A DNA stretch of 42,471 nt, taken from positions 1-42,471 of IMG/VR virus record IMGVR_UViG_2513237219_000005, one strand, 5' to 3'. Below, in pieces: positions 18,879 to 27,744 of the stretch. Below the pieces are notes generated by a model. That model searched no databases. It saw only the letters and a program-made list of their open reading frames with translations, and was not told the origin of the DNA. Source of the DNA: a virus (lineage: Duplodnaviria > Heunggongvirae > Uroviricota > Caudoviricetes). A program made the translations under genes and the position numbers. Positions within the stretch are counted from its first letter, which is position 1. Every line of letters starts with the position of its first letter.

Positions 18879-20196
18879 TCTCGATATCCTCGTCGGTAAT
18901 GGATGCCCCGATGCCGGTGACGTCAGAGTTTTCGCGCAGGTCGGTCATCGCCGCCTTACGCGTCATCAATCCGTCGCCCAGCGCGGTACTGATCGCGTTG
19001 GTGGTGTTTACGGCCACCGTTGATCGGTCAACGTCTGACATTTGCCATAGCGGGTTAAACTCAAACGTGAAATCGTCCGGCAGCGGCTTTCCGAGTTCCG
19101 AGCGGTGCATAATGTCCAGTATCCGGCGCATCGGCAGCCGTAAGCGGCGCTCCTGCAATGAGCTCACCCGGTCGTAATAGTTGGCGAGGTCTGCATCACC
19201 AGTAGAGAAGCCTTTCGGGGATTGACCGAACAGGCGTACCAGCGGGATACCAACGGCACCGCTGATCTGCTCAGCAAACTGCGAAAGAATGTCATCCAGA
19301 CCACTAAAGCTGTACTGGTGGGTTTCGAACTTATCCCGCGAGTCCATGAGCGTCATACCTTCATTGCTCTGGAACTGGCGGATCAGGTCGATGTTCTTCA
19401 GCAACGCTTCGAACGCCGGGCCTCCAAGCGCGATAAGCTCGCGCAACTTCTCCACGCTATAGGTACGCAGATGCGCTTTATAGACCAGCTGCGCCGCGCC
19501 GACAGTGGCGCTATCGAACGCAGTAAGCCGATCCCAGATACGCTCTACAACCGACATTCCCCATTCGTTTTCGGTCATCTTCTGCTGGAATGGCAGCGTG
19601 ACGCCATCAAAGCGGATCAGGCGGCTGTGATGGATGCGCCAGGCCGGAATGCCCGTTGCGGTGGTCACCACGTCGTAAAACTCAGGCTTGCCGAGGTCCG
19701 GCCCCATCTCTTTAATGCGGCGTGTCAGCACCGGGTTAATCATCCAGCGGTCGAGCGGGAGAATGCCCTTAAACTTGCCCTCGCCAATGGTTTCGAGTCG
19801 CAGCGGGGTCATTGGTGCTTGCCCCTCGATCATGATGAAGCCGACCGCGCCGCCGTAGAGGCGCGACCATTTCAGCACGTCGTTCAGCGCATCCCAGATC
19901 TGCAACTCATCCAGTTGCGCTTCGAGGGTGCCACGGTCTTTGGCGTCAATCTCCGAAGTGATGCGAATGCCCTTTCGGGTCATATCGTCCGGGATAGCGT
20001 CGACCGCTTCACCGATAACCCACGAACCGCGATATGACCATTCCACCAGCATGCGGTTGCGGCTGGTGAAGTTCGCCCGGTAGGTCGATGCTGAATGCTG
20101 GTTAGGCGTCTGCATCCCAACGCGGGCGACGAAGTTCTCGTAGCCGTCAGCGGTGGCCTGTGCCGTTCGCTGAGAGGATTGCTTGTTTCGTGCCAT
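18727..20196 (-). CDS. Portal protein
   Basis: 489 aa directly downstream of the large terminase with a 4-nt overlap; acidic Pro/Gly-rich C-terminal tail. Confidence 0.75.
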   Translation of the reverse strand: MARNKQSSQRTAQATADGYENFVARVGMQTPNQHSASTYRANFTSRNRMLVEWSYRGSWVIGEAVDAIPDDMTRKGIRITSEIDAKDRGTLEAQLDELQIWDALNDVLKWSRLYGGAVGFIMIEGQAPMTPLRLETIGEGKFKGILPLDRWMINPVLTRRIKEMGPDLGKPEFYDVVTTATGIPAWRIHHSRLIRFDGVTLPFQQKMTENEWGMSVVERIWDRLTAFDSATVGAAQLVYKAHLRTYSVEKLRELIALGGPAFEALLKNIDLIRQFQSNEGMTLMDSRDKFETHQYSFSGLDDILSQFAEQISGAVGIPLVRLFGQSPKGFSTGDADLANYYDRVSSLQERRLRLPMRRILDIMHRSELGKPLPDDFTFEFNPLWQMSDVDRSTVAVNTTNAISTALGDGLMTRKAAMTDLRENSDVTGIGASITDEDIENAEDEAPPGIGELGDKPPESPGGDPISNEPTADSAGGRGYRKWALRWFKR

Positions 20197-21824
20197 CAGG
20201 CCTGTCTCCCTAGCAGCTCCCAGATGTTCAGGGCTGAATTCATTGGCGCGTAGCTGATCATCACCGAGTCGGCGAGGTTCGGCGACTTGGTGCCATCAGG
20301 CTGTTTATCAACAACGATTTTCCCCACGCCATTAATGGAGTAGGTCGGCTGCGACAGCTCAATGATGAGTTTGTCTTTGCTCGCCATGGCGCTGCTGATT
20401 GAGATGATTTCGTCCTGGTTGTAGGCCATGCCCTCAACCACGGCGCGCCAGGTATTCTGAAAAAGTTTACGTAACCGCCACCAGCTCTGGGCTTTGGCGT
20501 TAGCGAAGAAGTCCTTGTTCAGACGTGCGGCTTGCCCGTTGTCACCGCGCACCGCTTCGTCGTCCGGATCAAACACCGCGCCGCTACCGCGAAACGGTGT
20601 AGCGAGTATTGACGGTCGACGCGCAGCGTTACGCTGTTCGTTGATAGCGCGTGCATCGCCGCGAACGCCAGCGCCCAGCCCGTCCTCATCAAAGCGAAAC
20701 TCTTCGAGATTGTCCTGTTCGCAAAAACCGAAGACCTTCTCGACGGACTGATAAATGTCGCTGCCCACACCGGACCATTCCCGCACATTCTCCAGGAGGA
20801 AGCCATGACGGGTGGAAAAGGCATTTTTGTCCCTGCCTTCATCAGCGACATCCATCGCGCCAAGTCGTTTGCCTGTTGGCTGGATACCCAGTTTGATATG
20901 CGCATCAACGGCAGCCTGTACCCATTCGGATGGAATCAGGACGCCTTCCGCTGATGCGCTGTAGTTCAGATCAAGTTCCTGTGCCACCACCACCGGATTA
21001 TCGATTTTCTCGCATTCCCTGCGATACCACTCTTCATCCTTGCGAGGGTCATCTCGCCAGTGGAACGTGAATACTGGTATTTTTCCGCCGTGGCGCTTCT
21101 GCGCGAACGGGTTCGCCATGCCATTAACCGAGCTCAGGTCAATACGGCAACGGGTGGTTTGCGACAGTGCCGCATCAATCAACAGAGGACGCTGGAGGAA
21201 TGCAGCTTCATCCACCAGGTAGAGCGTGGTACGGTCACCACGTCCGATATTGTCGCCAGCCTCGCCTTTGATAACCGCGCCAGTATCTGGAAACTCAACG
21301 CGCATATACGGCGCATGCTTCTTCTCGTCCCACGAACCACGAAACTCGATGGGCAGTGTTTCCACGAACTTTCGCGCCTTCCAGAACAATGCTTTCGGGT
21401 CACCGGTGCTGTCGACGTATTCCTCTTTACGGGAGCCGAAGCCGATGACCATTTCTTTGTTGAAGAGGCAGAGCGAACAGGCCAGCCCGATCGCCGTCCA
21501 GCTGAGCCCCATTTCGCGGCTCTTTTCGGTGATGCCGTTCTCCAGCCGTTCGCGCCGCTCCATGATCCAGTGAATCCACTCTTCCTGTTTCGGAAACAGC
21601 AGAAAAGGGATGGTGACCGGCAGGCCATAATCGATGTTACGCGGGTCAGTAGTCATCCCCCAGTCGATGATGAACTGTGCCGGGTTGGTGCGGTAAAACT
21701 GCTTTAGCGCTGGCAGCATTTCAGGGTTCTGGCGAATGCGCTGTAAGCGCTCCATCCGCCATTCAAAAACCATCTGGTAATCAGGGTTTCTGAAATCGAA
21801 TTCAAACGGTAGAGGCATGATCAC
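20196..21824 (-). CDS. Terminase large subunit
   Basis: 542 aa; ATPase region (Walker-B-like [10 protein letters not shown]) and nuclease-type C-terminal half. Confidence 0.85.
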   Translation of the reverse strand: MIMPLPFEFDFRNPDYQMVFEWRMERLQRIRQNPEMLPALKQFYRTNPAQFIIDWGMTTDPRNIDYGLPVTIPFLLFPKQEEWIHWIMERRERLENGITEKSREMGLSWTAIGLACSLCLFNKEMVIGFGSRKEEYVDSTGDPKALFWKARKFVETLPIEFRGSWDEKKHAPYMRVEFPDTGAVIKGEAGDNIGRGDRTTLYLVDEAAFLQRPLLIDAALSQTTRCRIDLSSVNGMANPFAQKRHGGKIPVFTFHWRDDPRKDEEWYRRECEKIDNPVVVAQELDLNYSASAEGVLIPSEWVQAAVDAHIKLGIQPTGKRLGAMDVADEGRDKNAFSTRHGFLLENVREWSGVGSDIYQSVEKVFGFCEQDNLEEFRFDEDGLGAGVRGDARAINEQRNAARRPSILATPFRGSGAVFDPDDEAVRGDNGQAARLNKDFFANAKAQSWWRLRKLFQNTWRAVVEGMAYNQDEIISISSAMASKDKLIIELSQPTYSINGVGKIVVDKQPDGTKSPNLADSVMISYAPMNSALNIWELLGRQA

Positions 21825-22294
21825 CCCATCATCTTGCGGTAAAGCTCTGCGGCCTGATCTGCGGTGAGGTTGGTCGTCTCGGTCTTGATCGGGCCGCCAT
21901 CCTTGCCAGTGCTTTCAACCTTCAGCTTATTGGTGTAAGCGTCGCCAACCTCTTTCGCGGCCTGTTCAATCAGCTGCGCCGTCAGGGAGAAGTTTTTCAT
22001 CCCCTCGGTTTTGGTTGCCATGCGGTCAAGCACGCGGAGGCGATAGGATTTGTTCGCGATCGGAATGTCGCTGGTTTCGGTCAGGAACCGTTCGCGCGTC
22101 GCGTGGAACATCTCGATCCACTTTTTGGCGAGCGTCTTACCGCTGGCCTTCGTGGGGTCGTGAGATTCAGCCTGCTGGCGGGTGATCTTGATCCCGAATT
22201 CTTTTTGGACAGCCTCGACCACCTGCGATGGCGTGTCATAGCACGCAAGCGACTGAATGATGAAGGCTTTCACATCAGGTTTTAATGCAGCCAT
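21821..22294 (-). CDS. Terminase small subunit (putative)
   Basis: 157 aa immediately upstream of the large terminase with ATGA overlap. Confidence 0.5.
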   Translation of the reverse strand: MAALKPDVKAFIIQSLACYDTPSQVVEAVQKEFGIKITRQQAESHDPTKASGKTLAKKWIEMFHATRERFLTETSDIPIANKSYRLRVLDRMATKTEGMKNFSLTAQLIEQAAKEVGDAYTNKLKVESTGKDGGPIKTETTNLTADQAAELYRKMMG

Positions 22295-22325
22295 AAATCA
22301 CCATTCGTCTTATACAGTCCAGTAT

Positions 22326-22946
22326 TTAAGCCAGTCGCAGCATGCACGTCCCGCACGCTCTGGCAATATCGAGATGAGCTACCTCCGCTGGCTGATTCGC
22401 CGCATCAATCATTTCCTGCACGTCCCGGCTTGCACCGTAACGGCGAACCACGCCCACAAACTCTTCCACGTCATGGCCGCGCAGCTTCAGCTTTGGCTGC
22501 CCTTCCTGCGTGAACTTCGGCGCGCCAAATTCATCTGTCGCCTGGCAGATGTGATAAAGCTCGTGCTCTATCAGCGCGCAGAACTCCAGATCGGAACATT
22601 GCGAACAGTAATCGGCGGCGAGCGTGATGATGAAATGCGGCACCCTGCCGAACCATTCATACATCTGCTGCTCCATCCGCGCTTTCTGCCAGCCTCCGGC
22701 ACGCATTGCCACTTCTTCCGCCTGCCCCAGCACGGAACGCCCTTTCTTCTCGAAAGCGTTCGACGCCCAGAGAAAGCACAGATCCGCTTCAAGCAAATGC
22801 TGGTGGTCAGGGTTGTAGAGGTCACCCTCATCGCTCAGGATGTGCTGATTCAGCCACTCGCCAACGTCATTAGCGGGCATAATGCTGATGTACGGCTTCG
22901 GGTCAGGTGGCATCGTAAAATGCGCTGGTGGGTGTGGTCTGTTCAT
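22326..22946 (-). CDS. Putative phage metallopeptidase (HExxH)
   Basis: HELYH motif in IEHELYHICQATDEFGAPKF. Confidence 0.5.
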   Translation of the reverse strand: MNRPHPPAHFTMPPDPKPYISIMPANDVGEWLNQHILSDEGDLYNPDHQHLLEADLCFLWASNAFEKKGRSVLGQAEEVAMRAGGWQKARMEQQMYEWFGRVPHFIITLAADYCSQCSDLEFCALIEHELYHICQATDEFGAPKFTQEGQPKLKLRGHDVEEFVGVVRRYGASRDVQEMIDAANQPAEVAHLDIARACGTCMLRLA

Positions 22947-23160
22947 GAATAATTCCAGTGCTCCATTATCAAGCCCACCCGTAGATGGGCTTTGGAATGG
23001 ATGGCCGTTGCTCAGTTCTCGTAATACTTTGATTTTTTCGATAACGCAGTTTTGCGTTTGCCATCAGCACGCGATATCGAGAGTCAACTGCAGTTGCTCG
23101 CGCCAGTACTCGACATTTGCTTCAATAACCGGCTTATCCCATCGCCAGCGAGCCATCTCT

Positions 23161-23586
23161 CTAGCCCCCATTGCTGGCTTTTGATTTCCGGTCATCGCGA
23201 ATACGACATGCTTGCTCATATTTCTGCTGCTCAGTCAGTTCACCGCGAAGCAGACTATCAATGTGCAGGTCGCACCATACGGAGAATTTCGGATCGCACC
23301 ATCTTGCAAAGGCAACTGATAACTTTGGATGCAGCCATGTTCCGCCGCCCCTGTCCTTTCGTGCCTTGCTTGTTTTTACATACCCGGAATCACGGGTATG
23401 TAGAATTTTCGATGGTTCACCTGAATAAACCTCATCAAGAGCTCTAACGTATTCGAGAGTTTCAGCGTTGGACAACCAGTGATCCAGACGCTTCCCGAAA
23501 CGTTTTGCAATATCAGTGGCATTAATCCAGCCATCAGTATTGAAGCGGATAGGTTCGCCTTTGTAATTTAGTGGAACGATATTCAT
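23161..23586 (-). CDS. KilA-N domain protein
   Basis: N-terminus MNIVPLNYKGEPIRFNTDGWINATDIAKRFGKRLDHWL is the characteristic KilA-N pattern. Confidence 0.7.
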   Translation of the reverse strand: MNIVPLNYKGEPIRFNTDGWINATDIAKRFGKRLDHWLSNAETLEYVRALDEVYSGEPSKILHTRDSGYVKTSKARKDRGGGTWLHPKLSVAFARWCDPKFSVWCDLHIDSLLRGELTEQQKYEQACRIRDDRKSKASNGG

Positions 23587-23730
23587 AGCGTCTTACCTTT
23601 TAGAAAGATGAGCCTGTTCGCACAGAAAAGCCGCCCCGAGATGGTCGCCACCATATACGGCAGTTCTCAGGCTCAGCTTTCTGAAAGACTCGGGATTGTT
23701 ACGCGCTGCGATGCGCGTTTACTGCGGACA

Positions 23731-23755
23731 TAAAAAAGCCCCGCATCGCGAGGCT
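23731..23755 (-). terminator. Intrinsic terminator (minus strand) after the lysis cassette
   Basis: GCCTCGC-GAT-GCGGGGC stem with one mismatch, followed by a T6 run on the minus strand. Confidence 0.55.
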
Positions 23756-23788
23756 CATTAAATGGACTTTGTACTTTGCAAAACGTGT

Positions 23789-24259
23789 TTATTTCAGGCA
23801 CTGCTCTTTGATGTATTCCTGCAGATAGCCAACCTGCTTCGTCACTGTGACGATTCGCTCTCTGAGGGTGAAATAATCCCGTTCAGCGGAGTCAGTAAGT
23901 CGGGGGCCGGTAACATCGCCCAGGCCGCCGGTGCTGGTCGTTCCGTTCGCGGGACAGTTTGCGTTGAGCTGCAGCCGCTTACGGCCAGCAATGACATCGC
24001 TATGCAGACGCTCAATGGTTTCTTTCGCATCAGCCAGTTCTCCGGTGTATTTGGCATCCAGTGCAGCGACATCACGCTGGCGGGTCTGCATGTCTTTAAT
24101 GGTGGCGGTCGCCAGGAGGAGTTTCTCAGTGGCCTTATCGCGCTGGTCTCTGTAAGTGATGGCGTTGTCGCGGTAGTGGTTCACGAAGAAAGCCAGTGCG
24201 CCGATTAACGCCAGCACCAGCAACTGCAGCCAGTAACGCTTAACCAGTGCGCTAATCAT
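23789..24259 (-). CDS. Rz: i-spanin Rz
   Basis: Strong similarity to lambda Rz as recalled ([11 protein letters not shown]..., [28 protein letters not shown]). Confidence 0.9.
   Translation of the reverse strand: MISALVKRYWLQLLVLALIGALAFFVNHYRDNAITYRDQRDKATEKLLLATATIKDMQTRQRDVAALDAKYTGELADAKETIERLHSDVIAGRKRLQLNANCPANGTTSTGGLGDVTGPRLTDSAERDYFTLRERIVTVTKQVGYLQEYIKEQCLK
23842..24030 (-). CDS. Rz1: o-spanin Rz1, lipoprotein embedded in Rz in another frame
   Basis: Track ORF 23842..24075; start [20 protein letters not shown] with lipobox, Pro-rich body, lambda-like C-terminus [12 protein letters not shown]. Confidence 0.85.
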   Translation of the reverse strand: MRKKPLSVCIAMSLLAVSGCSSTQTVPRTERPAPAAWAMLPAPDLLTPLNGIISPSESESSQ

Positions 24260-24705
24260 GACAGGAACAGAGCTCGCTCTGCCTTGCGGCGATTCGTGAG
24301 CCCCGGCATCACCTTTCCGCCTGATTTATTCCAGCGCAGAAATTCATCTGCCGCGCCTTTTATATCGCCAGCATTCAGCTTTTTCAGCAGTGTAGATGTG
24401 GAAAGAGCACGCGACCCAACGTTGTAAGCGAACGACACCAGTGCGTCGAACTGGCCTTGTGTCAGCTTCACCCTGACAACTTTCAGCACGTCATTCTCAT
24501 AACCAACAAGCCCTGTTTTCAGAAGCCTGTCAGCGGTTTGCTGGTCGATAGTCATACCGCGCTTTACTGGCTTTCCGTCAACCGGATGGGTCCAGCCATA
24601 GCCGATGGTCCACGGCGCATCTCCCGTTCCGGGGTCGGGGTAAGCAGTCAGCCGACAACCTTCAAATTTTTTTATCAGAGCAATTCCGTCAGGACTGGTT
24701 TGCAT
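24256..24705 (-). CDS. Endolysin, phage lysozyme (GH24, P22 gp19 / T4 lysozyme type)
   Basis: [17 protein letters not shown]...GYG core and C-terminal [12 protein letters not shown]. Start taken at MQTSPDG; track ORF extends to 24732. Confidence 0.9.
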   Translation of the reverse strand: MQTSPDGIALIKKFEGCRLTAYPDPGTGDAPWTIGYGWTHPVDGKPVKRGMTIDQQTADRLLKTGLVGYENDVLKVVRVKLTQGQFDALVSFAYNVGSRALSTSTLLKKLNAGDIKGAADEFLRWNKSGGKVMPGLTNRRKAERALFLS

Positions 24706-25012
24706 CGTCAACTCCCGCCTTTTTTGCTGCAAGTTTTTTAATCAGATTGCCGATCGAATCGGTGCCGATGTATCCAATAAAGACGCTGGCTATGTAGGCG
24801 AGGTTGCTGCTCAGGCCGATAAAGTCCAGAAGGTCACGAACGAACCAGGCAATCATCGCGCACATCAGCGCATCAATTAGCGTTTTTGTTACCGCGCCGC
24901 CGTTATAGCGACCACGCAGATACGCCATGATAAAAGCCAGCATTGCACCAATACCCTGCTCCTTGGCGGCAAGTAGCGCAGCGATGAAATCTTGTTTGTA
25001 TGGCATTTTCAT
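24689..25012 (-). CDS. S: Holin, lambda S-like class I, with dual-start motif
   Basis: Strong similarity to lambda S as recalled, including the Met1-Lys2-Met3 start; GGAGGTGAG Shine-Dalgarno. Track ORF 24689..25132 adds 40 upstream codons that are not part of the holin. Confidence 0.9.
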   Translation of the reverse strand: MKMPYKQDFIAALLAAKEQGIGAMLAFIMAYLRGRYNGGAVTKTLIDALMCAMIAWFVRDLLDFIGLSSNLAYIASVFIGYIGTDSIGNLIKKLAAKKAGVDDANQS

Positions 25013-25194
25013 AGGCCTCACCTCCGATTTTCCGGATGGTGCTGTGTGTGTTTGTAGGGGAAAGGCCGTCAGACTCTGATTGCTACATGGCATCTGAAAA
25101 TGATATCTGCGGCCTGCAATAAAAAAGCCCACGGCGCGGTGGGCAATAGAGGGTAGTGCGTTGAGCTTTTGCTCTTATGGTCCTGGTAGGTATT

Positions 25195-25269
25195 TGGCGG
25201 GACAGGAAGGATTCGAACCTTCGACCAATCGGTTAACAGCCGATCTCACAACCTCTGTGCTTCTGACCC
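25195..25269 (-). tRNA. tRNA-Asn (anticodon GUU)-like gene
   Basis: 75-nt cloverleaf folded by hand: 7-bp acceptor stem with one U-U mismatch, perfect 5-bp anticodon stem with loop CUGUUAA, canonical T-loop TTCGAAT, discriminator G and encoded CCA. A8 instead of U8 and a weak D-stem are atypical. Confidence 0.6.
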
Positions 25270-25275
25270 TGAATG

Positions 25276-25305
25276 CAAAAAGCCCCTGCATTTCTGCAAG
25301 GGCTT
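25276..25305 (-). terminator. Intrinsic terminator (tR'-like) between Q and the lysis genes
   Basis: 9-bp stem with GAAA loop followed by T5 on the minus strand, about 80 nt downstream of the Q stop. Confidence 0.65.
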
Positions 25306-25387
25306 AAATGTGGTTCACACCGCTCCGCGCAAGGCATCTCCGCTGGTGGGTAAGCTCTTTCGCCTTTGACGTCCGAGCATATCTGAA

Positions 25388-26071
25388 TTATGCAGTTTCA
25401 AAACTCGTTTTCAAGTCTTTTTCGCAAGTTTTTGCATTTTCGAAGCCAAATTCATCTTTTAACGTGAAGAAGACAGCAGAATTAAACAACTCAATACACC
25501 AGCGCACGCGGTCAATACATTGCTTTTCGGTCAGAAACGGCGCGTAGTAATATTGCATCCACCGTGCCATGTCATTAATGGTTTTCCTCCAGGTGTAATA
25601 GTCCTTCCCTATCTCATACACGGGATTCCCCGGCTTGAAGGACTTCAGGATGATAGCCTCCATGAATGCAGCTTCCTCTTGATCCCCGGCGTTGCCGATC
25701 AGGTCAGAAAGTGATTTCTTCGGCCAGATGATGGCTTTAGCCTGCTCAAACAACGCATCTCCGGTATAGCCAATTTTACGCAGACCAGACAGTACGGTAG
25801 CGATCCGCTCCTGCTGTTCGCCAGTCCAGCCGGTCAATATCATTGACCACATACCACCGCCACCTGAAAGGTGTTCTATTCCGCTGCCTCCATACATGCC
25901 GCCCCAGTGGTTCAGCAACGAACGAACCCAACGGCTTTGCGATGGTGTCAGTCGGCGGTATTTCCCCAGGTAAGATCTGCGTGGTGCTGCTGCCAGCGTC
26001 ACCCAGGCGTTTTGCGGGTTGGTACGCTCAACAGACGCTTTCTGGTAATTGTTAATATCGGTGCGTGTCAT
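25388..26071 (-). CDS. Late-gene antiterminator Q (putative)
   Basis: Position between nin genes and the terminator/lysis cassette; ATG at 26071 overlaps the RusA stop as ATGA. Family assignment rests mainly on synteny. Confidence 0.65.
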   Translation of the reverse strand: MTRTDINNYQKASVERTNPQNAWVTLAAAPRRSYLGKYRRLTPSQSRWVRSLLNHWGGMYGGSGIEHLSGGGGMWSMILTGWTGEQQERIATVLSGLRKIGYTGDALFEQAKAIIWPKKSLSDLIGNAGDQEEAAFMEAIILKSFKPGNPVYEIGKDYYTWRKTINDMARWMQYYYAPFLTEKQCIDRVRWCIELFNSAVFFTLKDEFGFENAKTCEKDLKTSFETA

Positions 26072-26427
26072 TGTCCGTTCTCCCGAATGATGATCTGGCC
26101 TTTCTCGCCCCATAGCTTTGTAATGCGACAATCCCAGACACTGGAATCATCATCAAACAGGGCATCCATCAGTGCTTTAAGCATGTTGTCGCAGTCTGGT
26201 TTTGACTGGTGCGGCTTGCCGTTGAGCTGTTCACGCTTCTTTTTGCTCCAGCTCGGAGGCATTGGCATAACGAAGGTGATATGCGCGCCGGACTCAGGGA
26301 GATTGATTTTGCGCAGACGTGCTTCATCGCAGAATGCGCGGTAACGCATGACCGCAGGCCGTGTTTTCCATTTGTCGGCGCGGGTCATACGGGGCTTGCC
26401 GATCGGCGTGATGTCGTAAATTTTCAT
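26068..26427 (-). CDS. rusA: Holliday junction resolvase RusA-like
   Basis: Start MKIYDITPIGKPRM chosen because it overlaps the upstream stop as ATGA; acidic motif KPDCDNMLKALMDALFDDDSSV fits the RusA active-site region. Confidence 0.7.
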   Translation of the reverse strand: MKIYDITPIGKPRMTRADKWKTRPAVMRYRAFCDEARLRKINLPESGAHITFVMPMPPSWSKKKREQLNGKPHQSKPDCDNMLKALMDALFDDDSSVWDCRITKLWGEKGQIIIRENGQ

Positions 26428-26723
26428 GCTGGCACCACCAGCCCAAGGCGGGCTATCTGGATAACGGTCAGAACGATAGCGCGGTCCATCAGCTGGCGGC
26501 GTTCGTCTCGCGATAGCTTGCTGCCGTTGTCGATGCTGTCGTGGCAGCAAACGCAGATCGCCGCCGTGGCGCAATCATCGGCTTTCAGGCCCATGCCTTT
26601 GCCTTCATTGCGATGCGCTACCTGTGTCCCCCACGAACCGCATAACACGCACTGCTCGATCTGCCCGACAGCGGCGAGCCATTTTTTGCTGCGGTAGGTT
26701 TTCTGACTGGGGTTATTTCGCAT
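26424..26723 (-). CDS. YbcO-like (DUF1364) putative zinc-binding nuclease
   Basis: Cys/His pattern CVLCGS...AHRNEGKGMGLKADDCATAAICVCCHDSID; start ambiguous (26723 or 26759). Confidence 0.6.
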   Translation of the reverse strand: MRNNPSQKTYRSKKWLAAVGQIEQCVLCGSWGTQVAHRNEGKGMGLKADDCATAAICVCCHDSIDNGSKLSRDERRQLMDRAIVLTVIQIARLGLVVPA

Positions 26724-27165
26724 TGCTGTTCCCCCAGCGCTTTGCCCACTCGATTTCATTGCGGGATTGTTCGCTGAATGTGAAGCCCTGCTGGGTGCCG
26801 AACCAGTAAATCGCCTCGATGACCTCTACCATCTGGGGAATGGTCATTTTGCTGGTGCGCTGGCCGAACATCACGACGCCGCCATCAAGCCCGGGGGCCA
26901 TTCGCTGTTCCTGCTTTTTGGTCTTCGCCACCAGCGCGGTGATGAGGTCTTTCCAGTCGTCGGAATCGTATTTATTGCCGAACCAGAGAACCTGGTCGGA
27001 AAGATCTTTCAGTAGCGGCCACATCTTGCGATTTTGAATAGCGGTGCGCGTCGACTCTTTGACGTCGAGTATCAGCGGGCGCTTACTGTCGACTGGCAAC
27101 TGACGAATGTAGTTGATAGCGTTCTGCTTAACGCTTTCGTTAACGAGGTGGAATTGTTGGCTCAC
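26713..27165 (-). CDS. ninB: NinB (Orf-family recombination mediator)
   Basis: Colinear similarity to lambda NinB as recalled (NAI...QERN.S.DQNRK.W..L.D.S.QV.W.G...D...WK). Confidence 0.85.
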   Translation of the reverse strand: MSQQFHLVNESVKQNAINYIRQLPVDSKRPLILDVKESTRTAIQNRKMWPLLKDLSDQVLWFGNKYDSDDWKDLITALVAKTKKQEQRMAPGLDGGVVMFGQRTSKMTIPQMVEVIEAIYWFGTQQGFTFSEQSRNEIEWAKRWGNSNAK

Positions 27166-27355
27166 GCGTCACCCCCGAAGAGGTTAAGCGACAGATACGA
27201 CAAATCGCTGACGTCGGATAACGTCAGGCGAATGTGTTTAAGCTGGTGGTGCTGCGCCATGGTGTTCTCCGTGGCGCGAATGTCCGGGTGTCAGTTGTTC
27301 AGGCTGACAGGGATATTATGGATGGGCATTGTGGCAAAAGCAATTTAACGCCGAC

Positions 27356-27377
27356 AAAAAAAGCCTCCGAAGAGGCT
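27356..27377 (-). terminator. Intrinsic terminator in the nin region (tR2-like)
   Basis: AGCCTC-TTCG-GAGGCT hairpin followed by T7 on the minus strand. Confidence 0.6.
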
Positions 27378-27405
27378 TGTATGTTATTGATTACATTGTG
27401 ACATG

Positions 27406-27744
27406 TCACAATGCTAATTTAGTTTCATGCCAGCCACGCGTAACCCAGCATTTCGAATCACCGTCGCACGGACACGACTTAACCGGCAGCGCATCTCCGC
27501 ATTTACCGCAGCGGTTCGCGCTGATTGACTTAATGCGACCACGAACGCGGGCATCGTCCTGGCGGATCAGCATCGCGACGTATTCGCTCATTTCATACGG
27601 CGCTCGCCCCGGGCGGCGTGATGCACAATTGCGCTCCAGCATCTCCAGTTCCTGCGTATCAAGCATGAGCTCAAATTTACGACCACCAGCAGCAGCTTGC
27701 CGGGCTCGCTGGGCGGCTTTGCGTTCAGCGGCAGATTTAGCCAT
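27406..27744 (-). CDS. Hypothetical zinc-ribbon protein
   Basis: Start at MAKSAAERK overlaps the upstream stop; C-terminal CGKCGDALPVKSCPCDGDSKC. Confidence 0.5.
   Translation of the reverse strand: MAKSAAERKAAQRARQAAAGGRKFELMLDTQELEMLERNCASRRPGRAPYEMSEYVAMLIRQDDARVRGRIKSISANRCGKCGDALPVKSCPCDGDSKCWVTRGWHETKLAL

Noticed and set aside
10346-22952. Plus-strand track ORFs overlapping the minus-strand tail and head operon (for example 10346..10969, 19222..20037, 21060..21707, 22257..22952)
   Set aside because: Each is antisense to a well-supported structural gene; no Shine-Dalgarno or recognisable motifs; expected by chance in GC-rich coding DNA.
24689-25132. 147-aa extended holin ORF from the track
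   Set aside because: The lambda S-like sequence begins at the Met-Lys-Met motif (25012), which has a strong Shine-Dalgarno; the 40 upstream codons run through the tRNA-proximal intergenic region.
25195-25269. tRNA-like sequence as an attachment-site remnant marking a prophage boundary
   Set aside because: It is a full 75-nt cloverleaf, not a 3' fragment, and lies internal to the prophage; the integrase is 17 kb away at the window edge.
25310-25390. Toxin or virulence cargo between Q and the lysis genes
   Set aside because: The Q-to-holin interval holds only the terminator and the tRNA-like gene; no additional ORFs.
27395-27412. CRP binding site
   Set aside because: The TGTGA/TCACA arms are separated by 4 bp, not the 6 bp required for CRP.
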